Below, piece by piece: positions 24,209 to 35,645 of a DNA stretch of 64,000 nt. Under the pieces are notes generated by a model that was given only the letters and a program-made list of their open reading frames with translations, ran no database searches and was not told the DNA's origin. Position 1 is the stretch's first letter, and each line of letters starts with the position of its first letter. The DNA is taken from positions 372,001 through 436,000 of the forward strand of contig JAKIMF020000011.1 in the NCBI GenBank assembly GCA_022605425.2. Direction: 5' to 3'. Both the position numbers and the translations under genes were made by a program. The stretch comes from Hamiltosporidium tvaerminnensis FI-OER-3-3. Lineage: Eukaryota; Fungi; Microsporidia.

Positions 24209-26716
24209 ATGTTGAAAACTGAAGCTAATATGGACTATATCAACATCATATCCATATATTCCCATAAATTTCTAACATATATCTTAAAACATATCACTTT
24301 TATGGTTTTTCTAAAAGAAAAGAGGGACTTTTTGAAAAAAATTAAGCAAGAACAAACGATAAATACATTTCAAATTTTGATCAAATACACATTATTATTA
24401 ACATCGCTTAATTCAGATTGTATAGCATGTAATAATACAAAATATATTGATTTTCTATTTTCTGAAGATTCGTCTTGTAGCTTACATTCAAAGGATATGA
24501 ATTTGTATGAATATTATGAGCGACGAATGGAAAAAGATTCTTTTGTTTTATGTCATGGTATTCATTTACATGAAAATAATCAAATAAAATGTTCAATACC
24601 AGATAATGAAGTAGAGCATAGAAAACTTCGAGTCATAAGAATGAATTACTTTGATTTGGAAAAATATAAATTTACTTATATAGAAACTCTAATTGAAAAA
24701 TCTCATGCGTCCGTTATTCCAATATATTTAAATAGAAGAATTAGGATGGAAAATTTTTTAGTATTTAAAAACAGTTTAGTATGTGAGGATTTTCATCCCA
24801 TATTTTTCTTTATTAAATACACTGTTTTCTATGAAATACTAGGGCTTCTTAATCATTTAAATGGTTATAAATACGACAATATTAGAAGTATATATCGTAA
24901 GATAGTAGAATACGGCCTATTAAGACCGTTTTCTCAAGAAATTCTTGATGATAATCTGAATTTAAAATTCATTTATTTAAAAAATACTAAGAAATCATTT
25001 TACATTCTTCTTAAAGTTCTATTTGACGAGTGTGATTTTGACATTGAAATTATAAAAAACAGATATTATATTTTGGAATTCAAGACTTTGTATTGTGATG
25101 TAATCGAAACATTTGAGCACAATTCTTTACAATTGTATTTGAAAGATATTTTTCTTTGTCGGCTTTGTAAAGCAGGATCTTCTATACTGAAGGTATTTTT
25201 TTGGTTTTTAGATTTTTATGATATATCTAGTATACTAATTTACGGAAAGGAAAATGATATCAAATGGTACATGGAAAGACTCGGGCCTCCGTATTATAAC
25301 CAACAATATCTAAAGGATCTCGAAAAACTAAGAAATCAGAGTGAATCCGAATCTGTTTCTTTTCTTGGGAATTCAAATTATTTATGCCTTCCAGGATATC
25401 ATAGCGGTGTGACTAATCAAAATATTAGAATCGATGCTTTCAATCAAAAAATGGGAAAAATTGAAAGAATTATTCTTGAAGATTTAATAATCATGGATAT
25501 ATATCAGCCAATCGTTGAAAGCTTCAAAACGATTTTACCAAATGTAAATGACTTGTTCTTATGTAATGTCGAAATATATTTTTGTATTCTATCGAATTTA
25601 ATCAAATCAGATATAGAATACATTCAATTTCATTTTTGTAAATTTATCGTACCATATTGCTATGATCTGAAAAATTACAATTACCTAAGCCCGGGTATAC
25701 CCAAAAAAATATCTCTGAGCACTTTGAATATTTTGCCCGAAGTCTTCGATGTTTTAATTCATTCCAAAAATATTTACTGCCTGATTTTACAGTATGTAAA
25801 TAATATTTCTGAATGCTTTAATAAAAAGTTAGGTCTTAAGTCAAATATTTACGAAAGTCTAGTAGTTCTAAAAATGAGTGAAATTTGTTTTTCGGAAATA
25901 GAATGTAAGTTTATATCTAATTTTAGTAATTTACAAAAACTTACACTAAAATACCCTGAAAACGGCATTGACTCGTTGTATCTAGATTCCTTAAATCTTT
26001 GTTTATTGAGTCATTCATTAATAACTTTAAAGTTTCAGGGATTTAAAAACTTGACACTGAGAATCCTTGAACAACTTAAATCCTTGCAATACCTTTACAT
26101 ACGCAATTGTGCCATTGTAGATTTTTCATTCTCTGATTATTCCAGTCTTAAACAAAATTTAATTCATCTTGATCTTTCCCACACGAAAATTAAAGATAAG
26201 AAAAATTTGAATCTCCTAAGTAACTGCTTGAATTTGTGCGAATTAAAACTTTCTTATTGTGGACTCAAGGAATGTGATTTCTTTTTTTTGAAAAGTGTTA
26301 ATCTACAAAAAACCATTACCGAGTTCCATCTAAATGGAAATGAAACAAATTCGAAAGTTTTATTAGAATTTTTTGAATATAAAAACATTCATACACTTGT
26401 GATTTCACTGAAAAAAACACCACATAGTACTTTTTCGGTCCTTAAGAATTGTAAATTTACTACAAATTTGAAATTTCTTTTTTTATATGATGCCATATTA
26501 AATGATCAAGATATGAAGACTATTTTCAGTTTTACAGAACTTGAGTGTTTAACATTAGAAGATTGTAAAATCATAGAAGAATCTAGTAAAGTATTGCTTT
26601 TTCTGCCACAACTGCCATCGCTTAAAACATTTGAGATAATTGATTTGATAATAACCGACTATGATAAGAATATCCTATTAGGTTTTTATGAAACAGCGAT
26701 TTTAGATCAAATATAA
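24209..26716 (+). CDS. Leucine-rich repeat protein, paralogue 2
   Basis: ORF colinear with 10682-13186. CCC-ATG at 24206-24211 is a better start than the GTG at 24203. Confidence 0.88.
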   Translation: MLKTEANMDYINIISIYSHKFLTYILKHITFMVFLKEKRDFLKKIKQEQTINTFQILIKYTLLLTSLNSDCIACNNTKYIDFLFSEDSSCSLHSKDMNLYEYYERRMEKDSFVLCHGIHLHENNQIKCSIPDNEVEHRKLRVIRMNYFDLEKYKFTYIETLIEKSHASVIPIYLNRRIRMENFLVFKNSLVCEDFHPIFFFIKYTVFYEILGLLNHLNGYKYDNIRSIYRKIVEYGLLRPFSQEILDDNLNLKFIYLKNTKKSFYILLKVLFDECDFDIEIIKNRYYILEFKTLYCDVIETFEHNSLQLYLKDIFLCRLCKAGSSILKVFFWFLDFYDISSILIYGKENDIKWYMERLGPPYYNQQYLKDLEKLRNQSESESVSFLGNSNYLCLPGYHSGVTNQNIRIDAFNQKMGKIERIILEDLIIMDIYQPIVESFKTILPNVNDLFLCNVEIYFCILSNLIKSDIEYIQFHFCKFIVPYCYDLKNYNYLSPGIPKKISLSTLNILPEVFDVLIHSKNIYCLILQYVNNISECFNKKLGLKSNIYESLVVLKMSEICFSEIECKFISNFSNLQKLTLKYPENGIDSLYLDSLNLCLLSHSLITLKFQGFKNLTLRILEQLKSLQYLYIRNCAIVDFSFSDYSSLKQNLIHLDLSHTKIKDKKNLNLLSNCLNLCELKLSYCGLKECDFFFLKSVNLQKTITEFHLNGNETNSKVLLEFFEYKNIHTLVISLKKTPHSTFSVLKNCKFTTNLKFLFLYDAILNDQDMKTIFSFTELECLTLEDCKIIEESSKVLLFLPQLPSLKTFEIIDLIITDYDKNILLGFYETAILDQI

Positions 26717-29700
26717 ATTCCAAATAACTGAATATAAATTCTATATTGTCAAATAATTGTTTTCTTTTATATTTTATCAGATTGTAGTCTGCGTGTAGAA
26801 AAAAAAGATTAAGTATTGTATTTTATGAGCGTGAAAAGCAACCACGACCTTTAAAGTAATTTGTAAATTATAGGCTAATGCTGGGGCTTTGAAATACTTA
26901 AAAAACATATTATCTTAGTTAAGCAAAATTTGTATTAAATTTTTTTAGCCGCAAACGTACCTCTTCCGAAAATTTCGATTTAAACTCTGATTATTCCTAT
27001 ATTTTGTGATTTTCTTCCTTGAAATAACTACATGTCTTTCAAAACTCAATAAAATTTTAAGTTTATTAAGCCAAGATGAAAATACAGTAGTTTATAGCTT
27101 TACCTTCTAAGATACCGATATAATAAGTTTAATTATATAAAATGCAATTTCTTCACTCATATTTTATTCCAAGATTGATCGTGTAAATTTAAAACTAACC
27201 ATAAATTTTATTTTTCATGTAATTTTTTACTATAAATAAAATCTATATTTTTCTTAATCTAAATCTCAAATTATATCTGCTAGGTTTTCATTTTCCCTCA
27301 AAAATAAATGTAAAAATATTCCTTTTACAATTCTCTTCTATTCTTCTGACCAACTTAAAGTTTTATTATATTTTATTTACTTAATATATTTGAGAAATCT
27401 GAAGAATTACTGATTTGATCTGTTTAGCGGTATGCATTTCTGCTGAAAACGATAAATTACAAAATAATAAAAACCCATTATTTCCGATTTAGTAAACAAG
27501 CTGTCTCTCTATATTTCTATGTATCAAATTAATCCCTTTATTTCTTAAAAAAATATTTTACGAAATATTAGATACCTGATATTTCTTTATATATGACTTA
27601 GTCGATTAAAATCATGGTAACAACGTAAGAATAATAAAGAACTCGAATTTAAATTTATAAAGTTATTTCCAACAAATTTTTTAAAATTAGAATTAGATTT
27701 TGTTTAATATTTATATTTAAAAGAAGAAAAGTTTTTTTACATTAAACTGTTCTTAATATGATTCTAATAAATTTATGATGAAACAATGGTACCGAACTGA
27801 ATAAAAGGCATATAAAACATCGAAAATTTTGCATTTAATAAAAGTTATAACTAAGAAAAGATAATTTATACAAAAAGTCTCAGTGATATGCATCAAACAC
27901 AAAGAAGAGCAACATAAATGCGTAAAAAAAGATTTAATAAGAATCTCATAAATAAAAACCACTTAAACTAGGATTCTAAGATCTTTAATTTTCATGGGGA
28001 TATAAAAAAAATTCGCGCTTGTAAGGAACATATCCCGAAGTCTGTTTGTTCCACACAAATAATGATATAAATGCCAGCTTCACCGGCATTATAGAATTTA
28101 ATCACATATTTTTGTGTTAAACGAGTGATTGAGAGAATCGCACGTCAAAACAATTCAAAACAACCATTGAGATTTTAAAAAATTTACAAATTATAAATAG
28201 TTCTCATATAAAAGATTTTGCCTCTAGATAGCCATTTGAGATTTTTTCTTTTTGAAAAAAATAGCTTAAGTGTCTCGAGCAGGTTCATTTTGTGGTCATA
28301 TTGTATTGCCAAGTGTTGCAGACTTAAGTAGACGAACTAAACGACCATTGAGTTTTTTCTTAGTCATTTTAGGCAAATATACATTTATACATTGGGGAGA
28401 GTTTGAAACCTAAGCAGACAAAGGCTCTCAGCATAAATTATATCCAAGAAACCCAGCCAAAAATTCGATTTTTTAACGCATGTAACACATGTTTCTTACC
28501 TCATTGAGTGAAATTTTATTTTAAATGACCTTTGAGAAAAAATTCGAGGCTGTCGCAGTGATTATACAATTAACCTTAATCAAAAATCATTTTCATGAAA
28601 CCATAAATATTGACAGAATAGAATAATCACTAGTTTTTAACACACCAATTTCATTTTACGTACCATAAGCTAAATTTAAAATCCAGGGTTCTCGAATGTT
28701 TTCAAAAGTCTCCTGCAATATCATTAAACTTAGCCAAGTAAAAAATCATGAGAACAAACATTTTCTCAATCAATTTAAATAATATGTTTTGTCAGGTATA
28801 AACATGAAATAATAGAATCTTTCAAATTGAAAAATTTTTTATGTTTTATGATAAAAAAAACTTCAATATTATTTGTTGAGAATACTAAGAATTCTTTATA
28901 ACGCGGAAAAAAACGTGAATTCTAAATGAAAAGATTACATTTCACTATGCTTGAAATTAAACATCTCGGTTTGACAAAATTTACAAAATTAAAGGCTTCG
29001 CATGATCTAACTTACATTTATTGTTAAGTTTTGACTTCATTGTGAGCTGCTCTATTTTAAGGATTCACAAGTAACTATTTATTTGCATTGAGTTTTTGTA
29101 TCTTATGTGTTCTCGAGTTTCGTTTAATTTCATATTAATTGTGCGCAGAAACGACCAAAATATCAGAAAAAAACAATTTTTTATTTACTCTTATATTTGG
29201 ACTTAAAAACCCTTTACGTAGAACATTTGAAGTTTAGAATCTATTTTGTTCTTATAGATAAAATTCAATATTATTTGAAAATATTTTGTATATATCTATA
29301 TTTACAGAAATAAGTTTAGAAAAATTGTAATGTTTGTAATTTTATAGTGTAAAAAAATTTTTGACTTTTATATCCACTTTGCATAAGCGATCTTGCAATT
29401 TATACTATCATTTTATAATCTAATTGTAAAAATATCTTTTTAATAATTAATTTATCATAATATAAACAAATTTGAACGTAAAAAAATGAATATATTTAAT
29501 GCATGACAGAACATAAATGCAAATCTTAGTATATAAATAACAAATAAAAGTAGATTTTTAAAATCAATGTCTTTTGGTTTAAAATTTTTCAGGATTATAA
29601 ATAGGCTAAACAAAGCACTAATTTTGCTTAATTTCCAAACCAAGGTCCTCATACAACGATCCAGCACGATTTTTTTTATGAGTAATGTTTAAAGTGAAAA

Positions 29701-29779
29701 AATACGAATAAATTACAATTATAGATAATTTATATTATGAATTCACAATATAAAGAAGATCTAATAGTTCTCAAAATAT

Positions 29780-30511
29780 AATACATACTTTATTTAAAAA
29801 TAACAGATCTTTTTAAAACAGAGGCAAGTGTTATATTTATTTCCATGGCATTAGCACCGTTCTAGGTTTAACATAAATGACTGCTACTTCAACACTCCAT
29901 CGATACACCCTGCAATACCTACATCCCAAAGCCTTTCATATACCAGGTGTGTATAACCTGAATAATAGGCGAGGCATTTGCCCGAAGTTCGTTAATGTCC
30001 GTGCATGGAGTGAGATCGAAGGCGAAGCTCGCCCTGGGCTCCACAAAGACCATACTGCATTCTCACTTACTCTACACTTTCTGAACCCAATAAACTTCTA
30101 GCTAAGATATATTTCAAATGTTTACATGGAGTCCACCTAGACAGTGCAATGTCATGCCAACAGGTATACCTGCTACTTAGCTCTTCGGTTTTTAATAGTT
30201 TTTGGTTTTATATCTCCCAGGCGCTAAGTCTTCTAACCTGAGTGAGCAAACTTTGTTTTCATGCTTTTACATGGCAATTACCCACATGTTCAGCTGCGGT
30301 CTGCAATCTGGTTACATAAAAAACTACAAATAAATTTGTAGAAAATGTTTCTCTGTTTCTTAGATCTCTCCTCCCTCTTACAACTCCCATGGACAACCGA
30401 AGATGAGTGTGTTTTTTTTTTTTAACCAAAAATCCAAACAATGACCTCACACCAGTTTCACACACTCATCGCCAAGCAGAAAGTTTTTTATGTGGTTATC
30501 TTACCTCAACT
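29780..30511 (-). mobile_element. Structured non-coding retroposon, copy 2 (full length, more diverged)
   Basis: Colinear with 55046-55788 across its length; no clear TSD. Confidence 0.85.
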
Positions 30512-31259
30512 TTTTTTAGACAATATGTAATCCATTCAAGTTATAATTCCATAATTATCCAAAAATATTTTTTTAAATGATTATATTATAAAGTTATTTA
30601 TTTATTAGTAAAATAAAAGCTTGCAAAGAAATTTGAAAATATAATTTGAATTTTACTTTCAAAATAAAAAAAATAAATTTATTATGGTATTTATATTCCG
30701 CACTGAAATCTAGAAAATATTTTTCAAATTTATTTCAGACATTTTTATGAACTAATAGAATTGTTCTATGGTCAGTTCACACCCAATTATTGTTATGTAA
30801 GATTTATGAAGCTATCAAAAGAGTCATAATAACAGTCCAAACACTATTGTTGGTTTCTTTCATCTCTTTAACCATTTAAAAATTTAGAGGTGAGTCTTCT
30901 TTGCCGGGAAAAAACTGAATTATATTATATAGTGATTGAGCAAGAAACTCTTTTTTTATCTAATTTGGCAATCTTTTATCAAATTTTATAAAATTTTATA
31001 AAATTTTTTAAAATCTATTTTTCAAACCACAATAACAAATATAATTTGTAAAAAATTTTTTTATACCAAATATAGTACTTTTTTCATTAAAATATGAAAT
31101 TAAAACCCGTTATCTAATAAAAAAAATACTAGAATCAATATGATTAAAGCATTTGAAATATATTTTTTAAAATATATTAAATAAATAATTTGAATAAGAA
31201 ATAATTTAAATTTATTTACGGTTGGAAAAATATTTATAAATTTTTTTTTATGCCTTCAA

Positions 31260-31958
31260 ATGATTCTAACTATGTATTTAATCGGTTTCTATTTGAGTTT
31301 TTTATTGCTGAATATACATTGCTCAATGCCTCGATATGGAAAAATCTATAGAAACAGACATAGGAATCATCGATATTCGCCCGGTGGATCTAATATAAGA
31401 AACCAAGAAGTCGGACACAATCTCCTGCAATCTAATAGTAGAGATTTAAATAGTCAAGACGCATCTAGCAGATTATATTCACTTTCACTTAACAATATAG
31501 AAGAAACTTATTCTAGAACCGATATGAATCATTCTGATAATACCCTATCTGCCACATCGCATGTATCTTCTACCTCTGTTCAAGATGATACAGAAGAGGT
31601 TGAAATTCGGACGAGTGATACCGGGCAAATTAGTCAATCTTCCTCCTTGGTTCTCGAGGATTCCCAACAACCGGAACCATCCACTGCATTTCCTATACTA
31701 ATATCTATCCTACAATCAGTTGAGCCAATTCCTATCCGGCCGATTTCGGAACAACCATCCTCATCACAGCACTTTCCAGAGCAGCCAATACAATCCCAAC
31801 AATTTTCAAACGCATCTCAACCAGACATTCTCTGGGAAATCATAACAGCCCCATTACAACAACAATTTTCAGCAGATCTGATTATACAAAATAATGAGGT
31901 GTCAAGCTCAACCCCAGAATATTTTTCTATGTCTAATCTCACTCCAGAGGCCGCTTAA
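31260..31958 (+). CDS. Putative secreted Ser/Gln/Pro-rich protein, paralogue of 2810-4480
   Basis: Hydrophobic N-terminus ending ..LLLNIHCS; C-terminal FSADLIIQN..S..TPEYF vs FTADRIAQN..S..NTENF; homologous 3' flank. Confidence 0.78.
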   Translation: MILTMYLIGFYLSFLLLNIHCSMPRYGKIYRNRHRNHRYSPGGSNIRNQEVGHNLLQSNSRDLNSQDASSRLYSLSLNNIEETYSRTDMNHSDNTLSATSHVSSTSVQDDTEEVEIRTSDTGQISQSSSLVLEDSQQPEPSTAFPILISILQSVEPIPIRPISEQPSSSQHFPEQPIQSQQFSNASQPDILWEIITAPLQQQFSADLIIQNNEVSSSTPEYFSMSNLTPEAA

Positions 31959-34900
31959 TTTTTAGTAATTTGATATCGTTGATTTACCCAGTTCTACACC
32001 ATCCTGATCTTACTGATACCTATTAAAATAAAATAGTTTTATTTTTAAAAAAAATATAAATTAATAATCTTTTTATATTGAAAACCTCCATAAAAATTTA
32101 AAATATATTTTTTTTAAATTTGATTTTTTTTCCAAGTTTAGTAATATTTTTATTAAAAAATTTTTTGTATCTATAAAAATACTAAATTAAGATATATTTT
32201 TTGTATGTTTTAAAATATTAATTTGCTATTTCCTACATAATTTCACTAGTTGAATAACAAAATATCAGAAGAAAGAATATTCAACGCATCTATTTATACA
32301 TACGAGATTTCGAACAGAATCAATAATCAGTGTATCAAATATATGGAACAGAAAGAATGAAAGAGTTGTAATTGTTCTCCGGAAACAAGAAATTTGGTGC
32401 CATTTAAAAATAGACGATTGAAAAATATTTCAATAGCAAATATCAATGAATTCTATTACCGAATTATAATTCAAAAAATAATTAAAAGTCGAAATGGTTT
32501 ATTTTTAACAAGAAGAATTACAAACATATTTTTATCGCTTAATAATGTATTTGCCAACTTAAATAGTCTTTTATAAATTCCGAAATTATACATGACTACA
32601 TATAAGTAAATCAAGCTACTTGATCTGGATATGATTATAAAGATCAAATTAAATGAAATACTTGATTTCGTTTTTATTAGAATATATTTTTTTTAAACAT
32701 AAAATCACTTTGAAAATAAATTCGTGTTATATTTTCTTGAAAATAATGTCGTTACAAGTTTCATGAATGACGGTTCTCTTAGTAATTCATAGTTATCTCT
32801 TTGAAGGGCATATGTTAAGGTTATTATCTTAAAAATGGGTAGAAACTATTTGATAACAGAATCGACGATCTAGCCTTGCTTATTTCTGTTGTCTGCTGTA
32901 TGACGTCGGATAAAAACATACCCTTCCCTTTTATTTCCAAGATTAGCACCATTCCTACTTATTCTGTATTTTTTGAACCGATAAAAATTCATCTAGGATA
33001 TTTCTGCGACCTCCATGAGGTTATTTAGTTATTCTAATTGTGTATAACCAGGTATAAAATCCCATTTAGCAATATCAGAGTGAGGAGCACATTACATTTC
33101 TACTATGCATTGATTTCTCTAACTCTTTGAAGCCATTCTAAATTTTAATGCATATATAGAAAGCAACTATAGTGCAATCGTGTTTTTAAATCCAGTTATA
33201 TCAAAAATAACGAGTTCATTGTATAGATATTTATATTCTTTTATATCCTATCTTCTTCATATATAAATTCCAACGAAGAACCGAAAATTGAGTGTAGTTT
33301 ATATCCCACAAAAAAATCAAAGAATCATTGTCATACTAATTACCTTTTATAATTACACGGCAAATATGTTTGCACGAAGGCATCCATCCTAATATTAATC
33401 CATATATGATTAAATTAATCAGAGATTTCGGATAAGTATAAAACAAGCTCTATATACAGAATTATCGATTTTAAAATTAAACATTTAGCATTTGATATCC
33501 TAAGGTTTCTAGTGAGTGCAAAGGTAAAAGAAGTTGTAAAAGAATAATACTTAATCAAATCAATAAAAAAATTAATGATCGCAATTCGCAAGAAATTATT
33601 GCCTAAGAAGAAGGATTAGGTTATTGCAGAAAATCGAACATACATGATAGAAGCCAACTAACTGTCTATTTTACATTATTATCATTTTCTATATTGAATT
33701 CTAAGCACTTGATTTAGCTAAAACCCCGAGACTATTTTCAAATAAAGTAATTAGGAATATATTGCAAAATGAGCGTGTAGAGTAGTTTGATTCAGATTTT
33801 CATATTTCGCAAGGCTTTAAAACACATATTTGCGAATTGGTTTGAAATGGAATCTAAATAAGAATAGCTGGTTTTATACATTGACTTGATTAAAACTTAA
33901 AAGAGAAAATAGAGTTTTAAATTAAGAAGTTCAAATTATTTTGACTCATAGGAGATTTAGAAAACAAGCTCAATAAAATATAAAAAAACCAAATTTCTAA
34001 CGGTAAAACCAGACAGGAAAGCATTATCACAAGGATAAAAGTAGAGACAGGAAAACCCCAAAGCGCTATCACAAGGGAAAAAATGTGCAGACCGCTCTTT
34101 GATCTTTGATTCGGACAAGAACATCAAAGTTATAAATCCATGCTTAACTTTTTATTGGTATATAGGTTGGTTTGAAACTTTTAATAGATTCGAAAAACAA
34201 TTTCATATTAATAACAGCGTTTTTACGATGAAGACCTAAATACCTTCTTTCTTTTCGAAGAAAGTGTACAAGATTTTTTCTTTTTAGAATAAATATAGAA
34301 CCGCGAGCAACTAGCTGATTTATATTTTAAACTTACAATTTGCTAAACACTCAACTACGGCCGTTGAAAAAAAATATATTTGAACAAAATTTTTAACGTT
34401 GGAATCGCGATATACGACACATGAATAGCGAAATAATTTTGCCACAATAATTAAACTTAGCGAAAACATAAAATAAAAGAGCAGATAATATTCACCGAGG
34501 AAATATTACCTACATATCATCTTTAATATGTAAGAAAAATCTCCACCTATTTTTATCAGACCTAAAAAGACTAAATTTGATTGTAAACATATTGGAAACA
34601 AACCCGAATTTTTTATAGCTATAATAAAAACATAATTCCATATATGATAATTCTAGAAAAGTCGCAGATACTGTTCACATTTAAAAGAAGAAAACACTCC
34701 GATTTTCATTTATATAAAGAAAAAGACGATTTATAACAGTATAAAAGACATAAAACATAAAATAAAAAGAATACAATACAATACAAATATAACGATAATA
34801 ATATTAATATAGGATAAGATACAAAAATGAATCGTAAAACTTGAAAATCACAATAAGTTACCATCTGAAATACACAAAAATTAAAAACCAAAAAGAAAAC

Positions 34901-35645
34901 AATTCTAAGAATCAAATCGTGTAGATAAAAAATTATAAGCAACAAAGCAAAAATATAAACCTAGTAAAATCTAAACGTAACATAACAGAACAGCAAGAGC
35001 CTAAAATAAAATGAATAGGCACATGATTCAAATATATAACTAAATATTATAATTAATAATATAAAACAACTCTAAAATATATTATTTTTGATACATTTAT
35101 AAAATAATATTTCTTTATTACTAAAGAAATATTTAGAATAACTTTTTCTAAAATTATTAAAACATCATAAATTTTCTTTCAAGATTAAAATTCTTTAACA
35201 ACATAGTGAAGAAAAAAAAGCCTTGAGCTATATTTGTTCATCAAGAGAATATAAAATAAATCAAAATCAAAAAATACAGATTCCTAGTTTATTTACATCC
35301 AAGTATATATTTACCAAGTAATAAAAATAAAAACGAAAATTCTAAAAAAAGATTTACTTGATTTTCAAGAGATATTTTTGACAAAATTTTTAAAACGAAA
35401 AACAATTTCGTTATAATACAAACAAATTTTTTATTTACAACCTTTTTTTATTTTTTGTAGGAGTCTATTAACAATCCATAAACCCAACATATATACTAAG
35501 CAACCTTATTTAGTTCTATATGTACAATCTATATCCAACAGATATATGAAAGATCTAAATTTACAATTTATATACAAAACACATTTTAACTATCTATACT
35601 TACATCTACACTTACAATCTATATACAAAACACATTTAAACAATC

